Assembly (NCBI RefSeq): GCF_006345805.1
Contig: NC_043000.1
Coordinates: 79,856,001 to 79,920,000, forward strand
Direction of reading: 5' to 3'
Length of the DNA: 64,000 nucleotides
Source: Octopus sinensis
Lineage: Eukaryota
Of the stretch, positions 15,235 to 27,657 are shown piece after piece. How positions within the stretch are numbered: position 1 is the stretch's first letter; every line of letters starts with the position of its first letter. The notes beneath the pieces are model-generated. The model was given only the letters and a program-made list of their open reading frames with translations. It was not told the DNA's origin and did no database searches. Made by a program: the position numbers and the translations under genes.

Positions 15235-18200
15235 AAAAACAACAACAATGGAACAATTACACTATTATTATTAATAGGCGCTCAGGAAAAGGAAGCAGGG
15301 AGGTATGACGTTTCGAGCGGAGCTCTTCGTCGGAAACATAAAGAAGGAAGAGAGAGGAAAGAAAGATCCCAGAGGGCAACAGGGAAAGAGAAAAAAGACG
15401 ACTGGTGTTTACGAGTTGCACATGGTGAAAGGCGGATGTTTACGAAAACAGAGCAAAGTGGGTTTTTAAAGGCAAAAGAGTGGAGACAAGGTTGGTAACG
15501 CAACAGATGTGTGTGTATGTGTGAGTGTGTGCGTGTGCGTGTGTGTATGTGTGTGTGTGAGGCGAGATGAAAAAACAAAAAAATAAAAAAATATATATGT
15601 GTGTGTTAGTGTGTGCGTCTGTGTGTAGGCGTGTGAGGTAGGGCGAGATAGTGGTCAGCTTAGCAGACAAAGGTCAGTAGTAAGAAAAAGAAGGAAGGAG
15701 GAAGGGAGGGAGGGGAAGGGGTGGGGGCGTATGTAGCGTGCCAGCGTTTGTTGAGTAGTAGTGTGTGTGTGTGTCCAGTGTCGTGGTGGTATAAATGGCG
15801 AGAGTAGATTGAATGTGTGTAAGAGTAATGTATATATTTAAGCAATGGTTGTATATGTGGTGCGTGTGTGTAACGAAAAAGGGGGGGGTTAAGGAAAAAG
15901 GACTCCAGCTGAGGGGAAGATGGAAGAGTGGTCCCGCGGAGGCGGGCGTGGGAAAACCCAACGACACGTGACGGTCCCAGGAACGGGCGGGAGGTCTTGT
16001 CGGTTCCAAGAGCGAGGTGCCTGCGGAGCGTATGCGTACGCGAACCGGCGCAAGCGCGTGCGTGCGCGAGCCTGCGAGTATGTGCGTAAGTATGTATGTG
16101 TGTGGATGTGTGAGTGTGTCTGTGTGTATGTCCGGGTGGCAGTGTGTCCGATGAATGTATGTGAGTATGTGTGTATGTATGTGTTGCATAGATGTATGTC
16201 CGTGTGTGTGTGTGTGTGTGTGTATGTGTGTGAGTGGTTGTATGTACGTGTGGGTGTGGGGAAGTGTGTGTATGTGCATGTGTGTGCCGTACATACAGGT
16301 GTGAGTGAGTGTGTGTGTGTGTATGTATGTGTGAGTGTGTATGTATGTGTGTGTAGGATGCATGTATGTGTATGGGTGTATGTATGCGTGTGTGTATGTA
16401 TGTATGTGTACGTGCGTGTGTGTGTGTGTGTGCGTGTAGGTGTGCGCGTGTGCATGCATGCATGCATGCATGTGCGTATGTGTGTGTGGTGCATGTGTGT
16501 GTGGGTATATATGTATGTGCGTATATGTGTGTGTGTGTGCGTACATGTGTGTGTGTGTGTATGCATGTGTGTGTGTAGGGTGTGGGCGTGTGTGTATAGG
16601 TGTATGTATGTAAGTATGTATGGGTGTGTCCGTGTATGTGTGTGTATGTATGTGTGTGTATGTAGGTGTGTGGGCGTGTGTATATGTGTGTGTATGTAGG
16701 TGTGTGGGCGTGTGTATATAGTGTATGTGTGTATGTCTGGGTGTGTCCGTGCATGTTTGTGGTGTGTTGTGTATGCATGTGTATGTTGGTGTGTGTGTAC
16801 GTGTGTAATGTATGTGTGTATGCGTGTGTATGCGTGCGTGTGTGTATGTAGGTGCGTGTGTGTATGTGTGTGGGAGTGTAGTGTGTGTGTGTGCGTGTGC
16901 GTGTTTATGTTGGTGTGTGCGTATGTGAGTGTGAGTGTATGGGTGTTTGTCATGCATGTGTGTGCGCGTGCAGGTGAGTGTGTGTGTAAGTATGTGTGTG
17001 TTGTATGTTTGTGTGAGTGTGTATGTGGTATGTCTGTGTGTGTATGTATGTGCGTATAGGAGTATGTGGGTATGTGTGTGTGTATGTATATGGGTGTATG
17101 TATGTATGTGTGTGTGTGTGCATGTGTATAAGTATATGTGTGTGTGCGCGTATGTGTGTATATGTGTATGTGTGTGTGTTTATGTATGTCTGTATGTATG
17201 TGTGTAGGCGTGTGTGTGTAGATGTATGTATGGGTGTGTGTCCGTGTGTGTTTGTGTGTGTGTGTAGGTAGATGTGTGTGTCTGAGTGAGGGTATGGCTG
17301 TGCAGGTGTGTGTGTGTATGAATGTAAGTGTGTGTGTATACAAGTGTAATGTATGTATGTAGGTGTGTGTGTGTGTGTGTATGTGTACGTGTGCGGTGTA
17401 TGTGTGTGTGTGTATGCGTGTGAGTGTGAGTGTATGGGTGTATGTCTCTGGTGTGTATGTCTGAAGTAGGTATGTATGTGTGTGTATGTATGTATGTGTG
17501 TGTGGTGTGCAGGTATGTGTGTGTATGTGTGTGTGTGAGTAGGTGTGCGTGTATGTAATGTGGGTAGGGATGCATGCGAGTGTGTGGGTATGTATGCATA
17601 CATACGCACGCGCACATCCGAAGCAAGCCCACACACACGAAGCGCGCCCACGCACACAACGCACAAGCAGTACAACGCAAGCCCAAGGGGCCGACCAAGC
17701 CCCCCAGCGCGCGCCAAGGCGCGCGAGCGCAAAGGCCCTCGAACGCCCCGCTACGCGGGAACCGAGGATCCATCGGCCAAAAACCGGAAAGCAGAAAAGA
17801 GGGGGGGCTGCCTGGATGCAAAAAGGTGTATGTGTGTGTGCATTCAGTGTAAGGGTGTGCATGTGTAGGTATGTATGTATGTATGTGCCTACATGTATGT
17901 TTGCATGTGTGTGTGTGTGAAGTATGTACGTGCGGTGTGTGTGTGTGTGTGTGGTGTGTGTATGTATGTGCGTATGTATGTGTGTGTGTATGTGTGTATG
18001 TATGTCTGTGTGTGTGTGTGTGTGTGTGTAAGTATGTATGTGTGTGCGTATGTATGTATGTGTGTGTGTATGTGCATGTTGGTTTGTATGTTAGTGTGTG
18101 TTAGTATGTCTGTAAGTGTGTGTGATTAAATGTGTGAATGTATGTACGTAGATGGGTCTACGTATGTGTGTGTGTGAACAGGCGTGTGGGAGGTAGGTGG

Positions 18201-19335
18201 GTGGGTGTGTGTGAGTGGTGTGTCCACAAAAGAAAAAAAAAAAAAAAAAAAAAACGGATCTCAAGAGGAGGGGGCTGTGTTAAGTCCGTGTGGGGTGGTA
18301 GTTAGTTTGTAGGGTGAAGATGTAGCGTTGCTCCAAGTGGAGCCTGGAAAGTGGGCGACCATGGTGGGGGGCGAGACCAAACACTGAGATGTCATCTAGG
18401 GAATGGCCGGCCCGCGGAAGTGGCGTGCGACGGGAGAAAGAGAGTGTAGGCGAACGTCCCTCAAGTGTTCAGTGAAACGGTCGGACAGCCGGCGTCCCGT
18501 CTGTCCTACATACAGCATCCCGCATAGGTTGCATTTAATGCAGTAAATAAGGCCAGACGAGGTGCACGTAAAAGAGTGCCTAATGCGTACAGTGTGCAGG
18601 TTGGAGCCGGTGACAGCGGTGGTGTTGGTGATGAAGGGGCAAGTGTTGCAACGGGATCTAGAGCAAGGGAATGATCCGTGTGGGGCTGAGGGGGAAGGAG
18701 AGAGGGTGCTGTGGACCAGGAGGTCACGCAGATTGCGGGCTCGTTTGAAAGAGGACAGGGGTAGGTTAGGGAAAATGGGGCGGTGGTGGGATCAAGCTGG
18801 AGGCGACGGAAGGCACGTAGTATCTTGCGGCGAAGGGGTAGGGTAGAGGGGTGGAAAAGGAGGGGGAAGGGGGTGCGGTTGGGGGGTGGGCGGGGGGAAG
18901 GAGACAGGGCGGTAGTGCGGTCGATGCGACGGGCGCGGGTGAGGGCATCAGAGAGGAGTATGGGTGGGTAACCTCGGAGTCTGAACATGCGGGCCAGGTA
19001 TTGAGATTGGGTCTCGAAATCCTGGTCGCGGCTGCACAAACGTCGGAGGCGGAGGAACTGGGAGTAGGGGATGGCTCGTTTGGTGTGGAAGGGGTGGGAG
19101 GAAGAGAAGTTGAGATAGAGGTGGGAATCCGTAGGTTTAAAAAAGGCGGTGGTGGTGAGAGAGCTGGAGGGGTGATCGATGCGGAGAGAGATGTCAAGGA
19201 AGTTGACAGAGGTGTTGGAGATGGTGGAGGTGAATTGAAGAGAGGGGTGAAAGTTGGAAAGGAAAGAGATGAATTGGCAGAGAAGTTCGCGGGAAAGGGA
19301 GGTGGCACCTACGCAGTCGTCGATATAGCGACCGT
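15235..19335 (-). mobile_element. 5'-truncated Penelope-like element (RT C-terminus, GIY-YIG endonuclease, long (CA/TACA)-rich 3' region, hammerhead-bearing terminus)
   Basis: [40 protein letters not shown] and KRAIPYSQFLRLRRLCS. After a frameshift, FTCTSSGLIYCIKCNLCGMLYVGQTGRRLSDRFTEH (GIY-YIG). Hammerhead-like motif at 15301-15340. Confidence 0.92.
15301..15340 (-). ncRNA. Minimal hammerhead ribozyme-like motif in the PLE terminus
   Basis: Minus strand reads tgtttCCGACGAa-GAGC-tcc-GCTC-GAAA-cGTC: variant CYGANGA core, 4-bp stem II, GAAA and a GUC triplet; stem I is imperfect. Confidence 0.7.
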
Positions 19336-19340
19336 ATAGA

Positions 19341-19373
<33 letters not shown>

Positions 19374-19431
19374 GTGTATATATACTCATATGTATATATA
19401 TATATATGTATATATATATATACATATATGC

Positions 19432-19469
<38 letters not shown>

Positions 19470-19729
19470 GAAAATATACATATCCCTTGATACAATCATA
19501 GACTTATTTATTCATACAGAGATTTACACAGATTCACACATTTCTTTTAATCCAAATGTAGATTTTTTTGTTATATTAAACACATTCCTCTATGCATAGA
19601 AAATTTCGTACACACACATATCATATTTGTATAAATATATACATAAATATGTCTGTCTGTTTGTCTACCTTTCTATCTAACCGTATGTGTGTGTATGTGT
19701 CATTATGATTATGATCATCATCACTATCA

Positions 19730-20460
19730 CCATCATTTAACATCCATTTTTCCATGGTTCTATGCCATGGATGGTCTTCTACTGTGCAACCTCCCACTCT
19801 TTGTTGCATACCCTTGTCATCATTTGTGCAGTTCAACTTTGTGAAATCTGCTTTAACCCCTTCTTTCTATATCTTCCCTCATCTGCAGGCTTCTCACTTG
19901 GATCATTTGTTACTTGTTTACTTAAAATATATTCTCCCTACACATCACATGTCCATGACAGTGCAGTCTTTTCTCTTGCCCACTACAATTCATTCCTCAT
20001 ATAAATGGTTTTTTCCCCCAGCCCATTTGTATTCTCTCAGCATTTTACACCAGTCTTACACATCAATCCAAGTATAGTCACCTCCTTTCTTTCCACTCTT
20101 TATGCAGCTCCCAGCTCCCACACTTAAGGTCTATTTTGCCAGCAAGTAATAGCACACTGCATACACATTCATCATAAGCTTAGCCCTTCAATTAGAGAGA
20201 GAAAACTTTTACTTCTTGCAGAGATAATCCCGAAACATGTTCTACCTTGTTCATACTCTAACTCCTATGCTTTGGAACACCCAATCCCACAGCTGATTTG
20301 CTTGACAAGTAAATAGAAGTTAGCAACTATTTCTTTTCAGGTTTGTGAAGAAAATCATTCCATGAGTGCTTTGACTGCTAACTATTCCTATGAAGTATAA
20401 GCAGTCTTCCTAAACCTGCCTATTACTCTGCATCATCTCATTTGCACTCATAATATAAAT
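19730..20460 (-). mobile_element. Old decayed RTE-like LINE 3' fragment
   Basis: (CAT)n-catttaacatccatttttccatg tail; remnants resembling the RTE C-terminus (GRLYDECMQCA-like at ~20150-20185). Confidence 0.55.
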
Positions 20461-20489
20461 TGAGTACAAAGTGTAGAGTTTCTATCAAC

Positions 20490-20818
20490 AGGTGTGGCTG
20501 TGTGGTAAGTAGTTTCTTACCAACCACATGGTTTTGGGTTCAATCCTAATGTGAGGCAACTTGGACAAGAGTCTTCTACTGTAGCCTCAGGCTGATTAAA
20601 GCCTTGTGAGTGGATTTGATAGACAGAAACTGAAAGAAGCTCATTGTATCATCATCATCATCATCATCATCATTTAACGTCCGCTTTCCATGCTAGCATG
20701 GGTTGGACGGTTCAACTGGGGTCTGGGGAGCCCGAAAGCTGCACCAGTCCAGTCAGATCTGGCAGTGTTTCTACAGCTGGATGCCCTTCCTAACGCCAAC
20801 CACTCCGAGAGTGTATAT

Positions 20819-20869
<51 letters not shown>

Positions 20870-21125
20870 TATATATTATATATATATATATATATATAGT
20901 ATGTGTGTGTCTCTGTGTGTTTATGTGTTTGTGTTTGTCCGCCCCAACATCGCTTGACAACTGATGCTGGTGTGTTTATGACCCCGTAACTTAGCAGTTC
21001 AGCAAAAGTGACCAATAGAATAAGTACTAGGCTTACAAAGAATAAGTTCTGGAGTCGATTTGCTCAATTAAAGGTGGTGCTCCAGCGTGGCCGCAGTCAA
21101 AATGACTGAAACAAACGAAAGCAAA
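20490..21125 (+). mobile_element. SINE family A with an antisense RTE tail (20648-20815) inserted in its microsatellite
   Basis: Head gtgtggctgtgtggtaag; tail ...gtggccgcagtcaaaatgactgaaac; internal (CAT)n-RTE 3' end. Confidence 0.88.
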
Positions 21126-21369
21126 ACAAATGGAGCAGGGCCACTTTTTCCGCATAGCTGTAAAGTTCTTTTGAACCTGACTACTATCTTGGGAAGACTT
21201 TTGTCCTTGCTAGATCTACTTTTAGACAACATGATTCAGCCAATATATGTTTATATATATGTATGTATGTATCATCCATTTTTGATTATTATAAATCTTC
21301 TACTGAGGAGGGAACCAGTTTCCAATAAAGATACAAGGCTCAATCTTTGGGATGTAGTTAACACAGAGA

Positions 21370-22330
21370 AATTCACATTTGGAACTTGAGAAAAATCTTG
21401 CATATTTTTACTGTTCCACTCATAGATTGCACTTGTAATGTACAAATTAGCCGGTTGATTTCTCTTTCTGAAAATCCCAGTTTATCCAGATTCTCCTTTA
21501 AGCATTTACTAACGAAAACTAGTGCTCCAATTATTATTGATATGAGTATGAATTCATAGTTCAGATATAGAAGCTGGAGGTTTTGAAGCAGTTGTCCATA
21601 AATATCCGCTTTTTCTTTGATTTTTAAAGGGATATTTATATCTGCAGAGCAGCTGACCTCTATGGCGGAACATTCCTTTGTCCCTCTGTTCCAAACAATA
21701 ATATCCAACCTGTTATGTTTACATTTGACAGAAGTTTTGATGAGAATATTCCACCAGTATTCCTTGAGTCGGTGTTTATGAATATATTCCATAGCAAAGT
21801 GAATTTTTAGGTTTATTTCCGGGCAGTCTTTTTTGTGGATGGCATTGTAAACTGTTTTAGCAACATTGTGCCACATAGGGAGGTAGTACCATAATGACAT
21901 TTTAGGTCAGCTGCTAATCACATGTGTGATACCTTCCACAGAAACATGACATAGCCTACACATGCGGTTGCACCTTGGGATTGCAAGAGCGTCACTGTCT
22001 CTCTTGTTTGCCAAGTACTTTGTGGCAATCTCCTGTTCCTGGATTGCAAATGCATAGCCTTCAAAGTATAATGTGATGTAGTGGCCTTGTGTCCCAGGGA
22101 GGCTGCGCTTCATGTCAATTCTACTGTCTTCTTCAAACTTCCGGGCAACATACCTATGCATAGTCCCACGAAGGGAAACCATTGGGCCATTGGATTTCCA
22201 AAATATAGTCCCCCCAGATCATCACAGATCCTCCTCCATGTTTAACAGTTGGAAGAAGGCAGTCTTAAGTCAAATGCTTCTTTTGGCTGTCTCCACACGT
22301 ATACTCGGCTGGTAGTTGGAAATAAGGTAA
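21370..22330 (-). mobile_element. Decayed RLE-type non-LTR fragment (R4-like, second family)
   Basis: EGYAFAIQEQEI, CRLCHVSVEGITHVISS, HNRLDIIVW...IEVSC.AD and IIIGAL. Confidence 0.88.
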
Positions 22331-22344
22331 AGGATGACTTGTGT

Positions 22345-22972
22345 AAGAAAATGACATTCTTCCACTGCTCTAGGGATCAATTCTGTAGGTTTTTATTCCA
22401 CACTTAATGCTTTGTAATGTTTGCTTTTGAAAGTAGTGATTTTCTGATTGCAGCCCTCCCGTGAAATTTGGCTTTGTGCAGCTCCTGGTGAACAGTTTTG
22501 TGGAAACTGGCTTCTCAAGGCGGTCATTAAGCTCTGCAGTAATTTTGGGAGCTGTACTTTTGTGATCCTTTCTAATAATTTATGTAAGATTCAAACAGTC
22601 CCTATCTGAAAGTTTTGGTTTTCTTCTGAGAGTTTTGTTTCGACAATGAGGTTCTTCCCTCTTTCTCAAAGACTGTCATTACTTTCAAGGCATTACTTCT
22701 TGATTCACCAAACATTTTGGCTGTTTTTGTTATGCTGGCACCTGCCATATGAGCACCAACAATTTGACCTCTTTGAAATTCTCATAGATCTGTCATATTA
22801 ATGAATTTTAATTACCTTTTGCTGATGATATCTGAAAGGAAACAGCAATTTTAGCAAAACATATTAAGCAACACTAATAATAAATCAAAAAACATAAAAA
22901 TAAACAAGCGTTTGATAGTTTTATAGATATTTCAAAATTATAATGGTCTTCTGTTATTTTGTCCAACCCCTG
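22345..22972 (-). mobile_element. 5' half of a Tc1-like transposon
   Basis: Terminus TA-caggggttggacaaaataa; decayed HTH region EFQRGQIVGAHMAGASITKTAKMFG and KDHKSTAPKITAELNDRLEKPVSTK. Confidence 0.85.
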
Positions 22973-22974
22973 TA

Positions 22975-23745
22975 TGTGCAGATTTGTATGTTTTGTTTTA
23001 TGTATGTCTTCTCATGCATATACTTTCATATCTAGGCATCCTCATATATATTTAAATAATAAACTTCTGGAAAGTTTTACAGATTTTTACAGTTCCAGTG
23101 AGGGATTGGATCTGTAGTCTTCGAATTAGCTTTCTCTTTTCTGTTTCTGAGAATACCAATCTTAAGATTGGTATTTAGGCAATGTGTTACATATCCCAGG
23201 GTCCCAATAATTACAGGTATAAACCCAAACTTGTAATCTGGATAGAGTAACAACAAATTTCTCAATAATTCAGTGTAGGTATTCTCTTTTTCACTGATCT
23301 TCAGCTTTATGCTAACATCTGCTGGGCAGTTAATTTCCACAACTGTACACAGTTTCTCTTCTCTATCCCAAATCCTTATATCAGGTCTGTTGTGCTTACA
23401 TTTTATTGAGGTTTTCACTGGGACATTCCACCATTACTCCTTTTTATTACGAGTGGCTATGGCTTCTACCATACTGTGGGTTCTTATTTCTTTGTCCTCA
23501 AATGTTATCCTTCAGATAGATTTCATTATAGAGTGTCCTAGCTACAACATTATGTCTCATCGGTAGATAATACCATGATGACATTTTTGGATATCTGCTT
23601 ATAATGTGGGTGATATCTTCAGTGTTCACTCCATGAAGTCCGCATCAGTTGTCACATTTTACTGCATCTCTATCCCTTTTGTTCATCAGGTATTTGGTTG
23701 ATATTTCCTGTTCCTGGATTGCAAATGCATACTCTTCAAAGTGGA
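22975..23745 (-). mobile_element. RLE-type non-LTR 3' fragment, same family as 46520-47430
   Basis: KTSIKCKHNRPDIRIWDREEK...VVEINCPAD...IPVIIGTLG. Confidence 0.9.
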
Positions 23746-24084
23746 TTTAGTAGTATGCATGCAGGCAAATAATACATGTATGTATGTATATATTATGTGT
23801 GTGTGTGTGAGAGAGAGAGAAAAAGAGAAAGTGCATGAGTGTGTGTGGGCATGTATGTGTATGTGTGTGTGCATGCATGCATGTGTGTATGTGTGTGCAT
23901 GCATGCATGCATGTGCACATGTATTTATGTCTGTATGATTCTTTGGGATTTTTAGTTTTTTCTTTTGTAGAAAACAAGTCAGTCACTAACAAAAAGCCAG
24001 GCGTTTTTGCTTAAGTTGAAACATCTTCTGAGATTTGTGGCTACCTGAATTGGTTTATGTATGCATATATGTGTGCATGTTGCG

Positions 24085-24119
<35 letters not shown>

Positions 24120-24171
24120 ATGTTGTGCATGTGTGTGAGTGTGTGTGTGTGTGTGTGCATGTTGCACATGT

Positions 24172-24213
<42 letters not shown>

Positions 24214-24519
24214 CAGGGCTGTTGCATGGCTTTATTGCCCCCCTGCAACTTTTTATTTCGAGGTGCCATCTCTTCAGTTAAAATTCATAATCTATGCACC
24301 TTTTATTCATAGCTATATTTTACTTTATTCTATCTGAAGTTCAATATTTCTTTAAAAGTACAACAAGTGAAATTTATTTAGGGCTGGATCTATCGTATTA
24401 TTTCATGTTTAGGAAGGCCAGCATTTAATAGGGTTGAATATTTATTTGATGGCCTCACAAATATCAGAAGACAAACATTTCAAAATAACAACTGTGAAGT
24501 ATAGTTGTCTCAGCTTTTA

Positions 24520-24935
24520 TATACTCTTTTACTCTTTTAATTGTTTCATTCATTTGACTATGATCATGCTGGAGCACTGCCTTTAGTTGAGCAAATCGAC
24601 CCCAGGACTTATTCTTTGTAAGCCTAGTACTTATTCTATCGGTCTCCTTTGCCGAACTGCTAAGTTACAGGGAAGCAAACACACCAGCATCAGTTGTCAA
24701 GCAATGTTGGTGGGATAAACACAGACACACAAACATATACACACACATAAATATGTATATACATATATACAACAGGCTTCTTTCAGTTTCCATCTATCAA
24801 ATCCACTCACAAGGCTTTGGTCGACCCGAGGCTATGGTAGAAGACACTTGCCCAAGGTGCCATGCAGTGGGACTGAACCTGGAATCATGTGGCTGGTAAG
24901 CAAGCTACTTAGCACACAGCCACTCCTGCACCTAT
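24520..24935 (-). mobile_element. SINE family A, full length
   Basis: Reverse complement of the family A layout; head ...cacacagccactcctgcacc. Confidence 0.9.
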
Positions 24936-25493
24936 ATGTGAAGAAGTTTATTCAAGAACATTAAAATATAAAAAATTTTCTGTTCAAAACAAAAGCAAAC
25001 TATTTCAAAATTTATATTTTTGAAAAATAGATGTAAATGTTCCCAAAGACTTGATAACAGTTGAAAAAGCCACTTTTTAAGTTGTATATTTCACTGTTAG
25101 CTGTTGCAATATTTTGATTGGATAGACAATTCTACAATTCAAACTGTAAAGTCAAAATACCAAAGATGCAAAATAGGAAGAATTTCTTACCTTTCTCTGA
25201 AATCATAAATTCAAGGGAAAATAGTACCCTGCAAAATATAATACCTCGATCACAAACTAGTTACAACTGAAGAATTGAGATGTTTGGTGACAGTGAACAA
25301 ACGATATCTGTATCCCTATATATGTACATAGATAGATACATATATGCACACAAACTTCTGTGTGTGTGTGTGTGTGTGTGTGCATGTGCTCATGCCTTGT
25401 TTTTGGTACAGAAAGAATTTTGTTTCCAGTTTTTATTGCCTTAGACAGTCAAAGGCCACTGAACTGGGTACAAAGTGACCAGCTTTTCAACAA

Positions 25494-25550
<57 letters not shown>

Positions 25551-25555
25551 TAATA

Positions 25556-25632
<77 letters not shown>

Positions 25633-25655
25633 GTAATAATAACAATAATAATAAT

Positions 25656-25692
<37 letters not shown>

Positions 25693-25789
25693 TAATAATA
25701 ATTTCTATGTAATCTCAAGGTTTAAAACAAACATAATTTTCGGTTTAAAAAAAAAAAAAAAAATTTTTTTTTTTTTTAGACATTCATTA

Positions 25790-25905
25790 GTACAACACCC
25801 ACACCCCCCAAATATATGGCACACTAGGCATAACAACAACATGAACTTCCAACCCTGTTGTCTCTTGAGGTCTCTGGGTGAGACTTGGAGACAACTTGCA
25901 AATAA
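25790..25905 (+). mobile_element. Extreme 3' end of an R4/Dong-like family (same as 36765-36870)
   Basis: gaggtctctgggtgagacttggagacaactt followed by (AAT)n. Confidence 0.65.
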
Positions 25906-26004
25906 TAATAATTATAATTATTATCATAATGATAATAATAATATTAATAAAAAGTAATAACAAATGAATGAGACCTTGATATTAGATAAATAGAGGATTT
26001 TTTA

Positions 26005-26148
26005 TATATGTTATAATTTAGAACAAACAGTAAAGGTTTGTCATTATAGTACTCGGAGTTTCATTGCTTTGTAGCTCTTCGCTCCGACATTCGAAACTCC
26101 GAGTACTATGACAAACTTTTACTGTTTGTTCTAAATTATAACATATAT
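26005..26148. repeat. Near-perfect palindrome (arms about 55 bp, loop about 30 nt) next to (TA)n
   Basis: atatgttataatttagaacaaacagtaaaggtttgtcat..tagtactcggagtttc / gaaactccgagtactatgacaaacttttactgtttgttctaaattataacatat. Confidence 0.92.
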
Positions 26149-26151
26149 CTT

Positions 26152-26185
<34 letters not shown>

Positions 26186-27021
26186 AATGAAGAGAGCAAG
26201 AGACTAAGAGATGTGTGTGTAGGTCTATCTATCTGCCCATCTGTCTGTCTGTCCGAGCTGGCCAAAGCCTTGTGAATGGATTTGGTGGACAGAAACAGAA
26301 GAAAGCCTGTTGTATGTATGTATGAATGTGTGTACATATGCCTGTGCGTGTATGTTTGTATGTATGTATAAGTATACATCCCCACCTTTCATCACCATTG
26401 CTTCTTTTTCTTGTCTTTTCTGTTGAAGTTGTTCTTATTTTCATTTTTTGGATTTCATTCATTTTTCTTTCATCTCCCAGAGGAATCCATTGACAAGCTT
26501 TTTTCATTTACTTTTTTCATTTCTTTTAAATCTATTTACAGTAAACCCTCGTATTTTTTTCCTCGTCTAGCTTGAAATTTTCAGTTAACATCTTAACCAA
26601 AGTAACTAGATGGCTCATCCATGTACTTTGATTTTAACATAGGGCCCCTCAACTGCTGAGGCTTCCTGCGACTTCAGGGGTTGCAGGAGCTTAATAACAG
26701 CCCTGGTGTCTGCATGTGGAATAACTTGCACTTATGAGTGTACATGTTACCATAGAACACAGGTGTGAATATTTCATTACTGCAGACATATGAATTCCAT
26801 ATGTATATGTGACTGTGTGCATATGTTCACCCAAGTATTTCAAATGGAGAAACCCTGTAATATTTTACAAATTTCCACTTGGGTTATGGATGTCAGGGTT
26901 ATGTTTAGAGCTAGGGTTAGGATGAGGATTGCTAAGGATAGGATAAGGGTCTTCTACTGTAGCCTCAGGCCAACTAATGTCTTGTAAGTAAATTCGATAG
27001 AGGGAAACTGAAATAAGCCTG

Positions 27022-27225
27022 TTGTATATGTATGTATGTCATTATTCAGTTTTATTACAAGATTTCTTGTCAATAGAGAAAGAGCCAGTTTCTGACCTTG
27101 ATCCAAGGCTCCTTCATTGGAATTTCAGCAGCACCAGCAGGATATTTTTGTATGTATGTATGTATGTATGTATGTATATGTGCAGATTTGTATGTTTTGT
27201 TTTATGTATGTATTTTCATGCATAT
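27022..27225 (-). mobile_element. 3' UTR fragment of the RLE LINE family at 46520-47430
   Basis: Reverse complement of 47100-47450 (gatttcttg.caatagagaaagag...gatccaaggctccttcattggaatttcagca). Confidence 0.8.
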
Positions 27226-27657
27226 AGTTACATATGTATGTATGTATGTATGTATGTAGGTATGTATGTATGTATGTATGTGCATGTGTGTGTGTGCGTG
27301 TGTTTGTGTGTGTGGTGCGTGTGTGTGTGTGGTGTGTATGTGTGTGTATGCATGCACATGTATATGTTTGTGTGTGTACTACTGAGTCCTTGCCTTGATA
27401 GCATGTGATAGATGTGTCATTGTTGTGCATGCAGTTTCCTTCATTTCTAATCTTCTGTGTCTGGTTGTGAGGAAATATTACTTTACTTGGCAACAGGTGA
27501 GGATTGGTGACAAGAAGTGTAGCTGACTGTAGAAAACCCACTTTAGCAAATTCTGTCCAACCCCCTGTGGAAAAGTGGATATTAAAACAATGATGACAAT
27601 CACACACACACACACGCACACACACATATTAAGAAGATCTTTGTTTACCTTTGATAG

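Larger units (their letters stand above)
24214..26705. mobile_element. Putative non-autonomous hAT-like element carrying nested insertions
   Basis: Termini cagggctgtt...aacagccctg (10-bp TIR); 8-bp flanks gtgtgtgc and gtgtctgc (1 mismatch); GC-rich subterminal ggggccc-like motifs. Confidence 0.6.

Noticed and set aside
15660-17862. His/Thr-rich ORFs of 372-657 aa
   Set aside because: Translations of (CA/TACA)n microsatellite; open in all frames because stop codons are rare.
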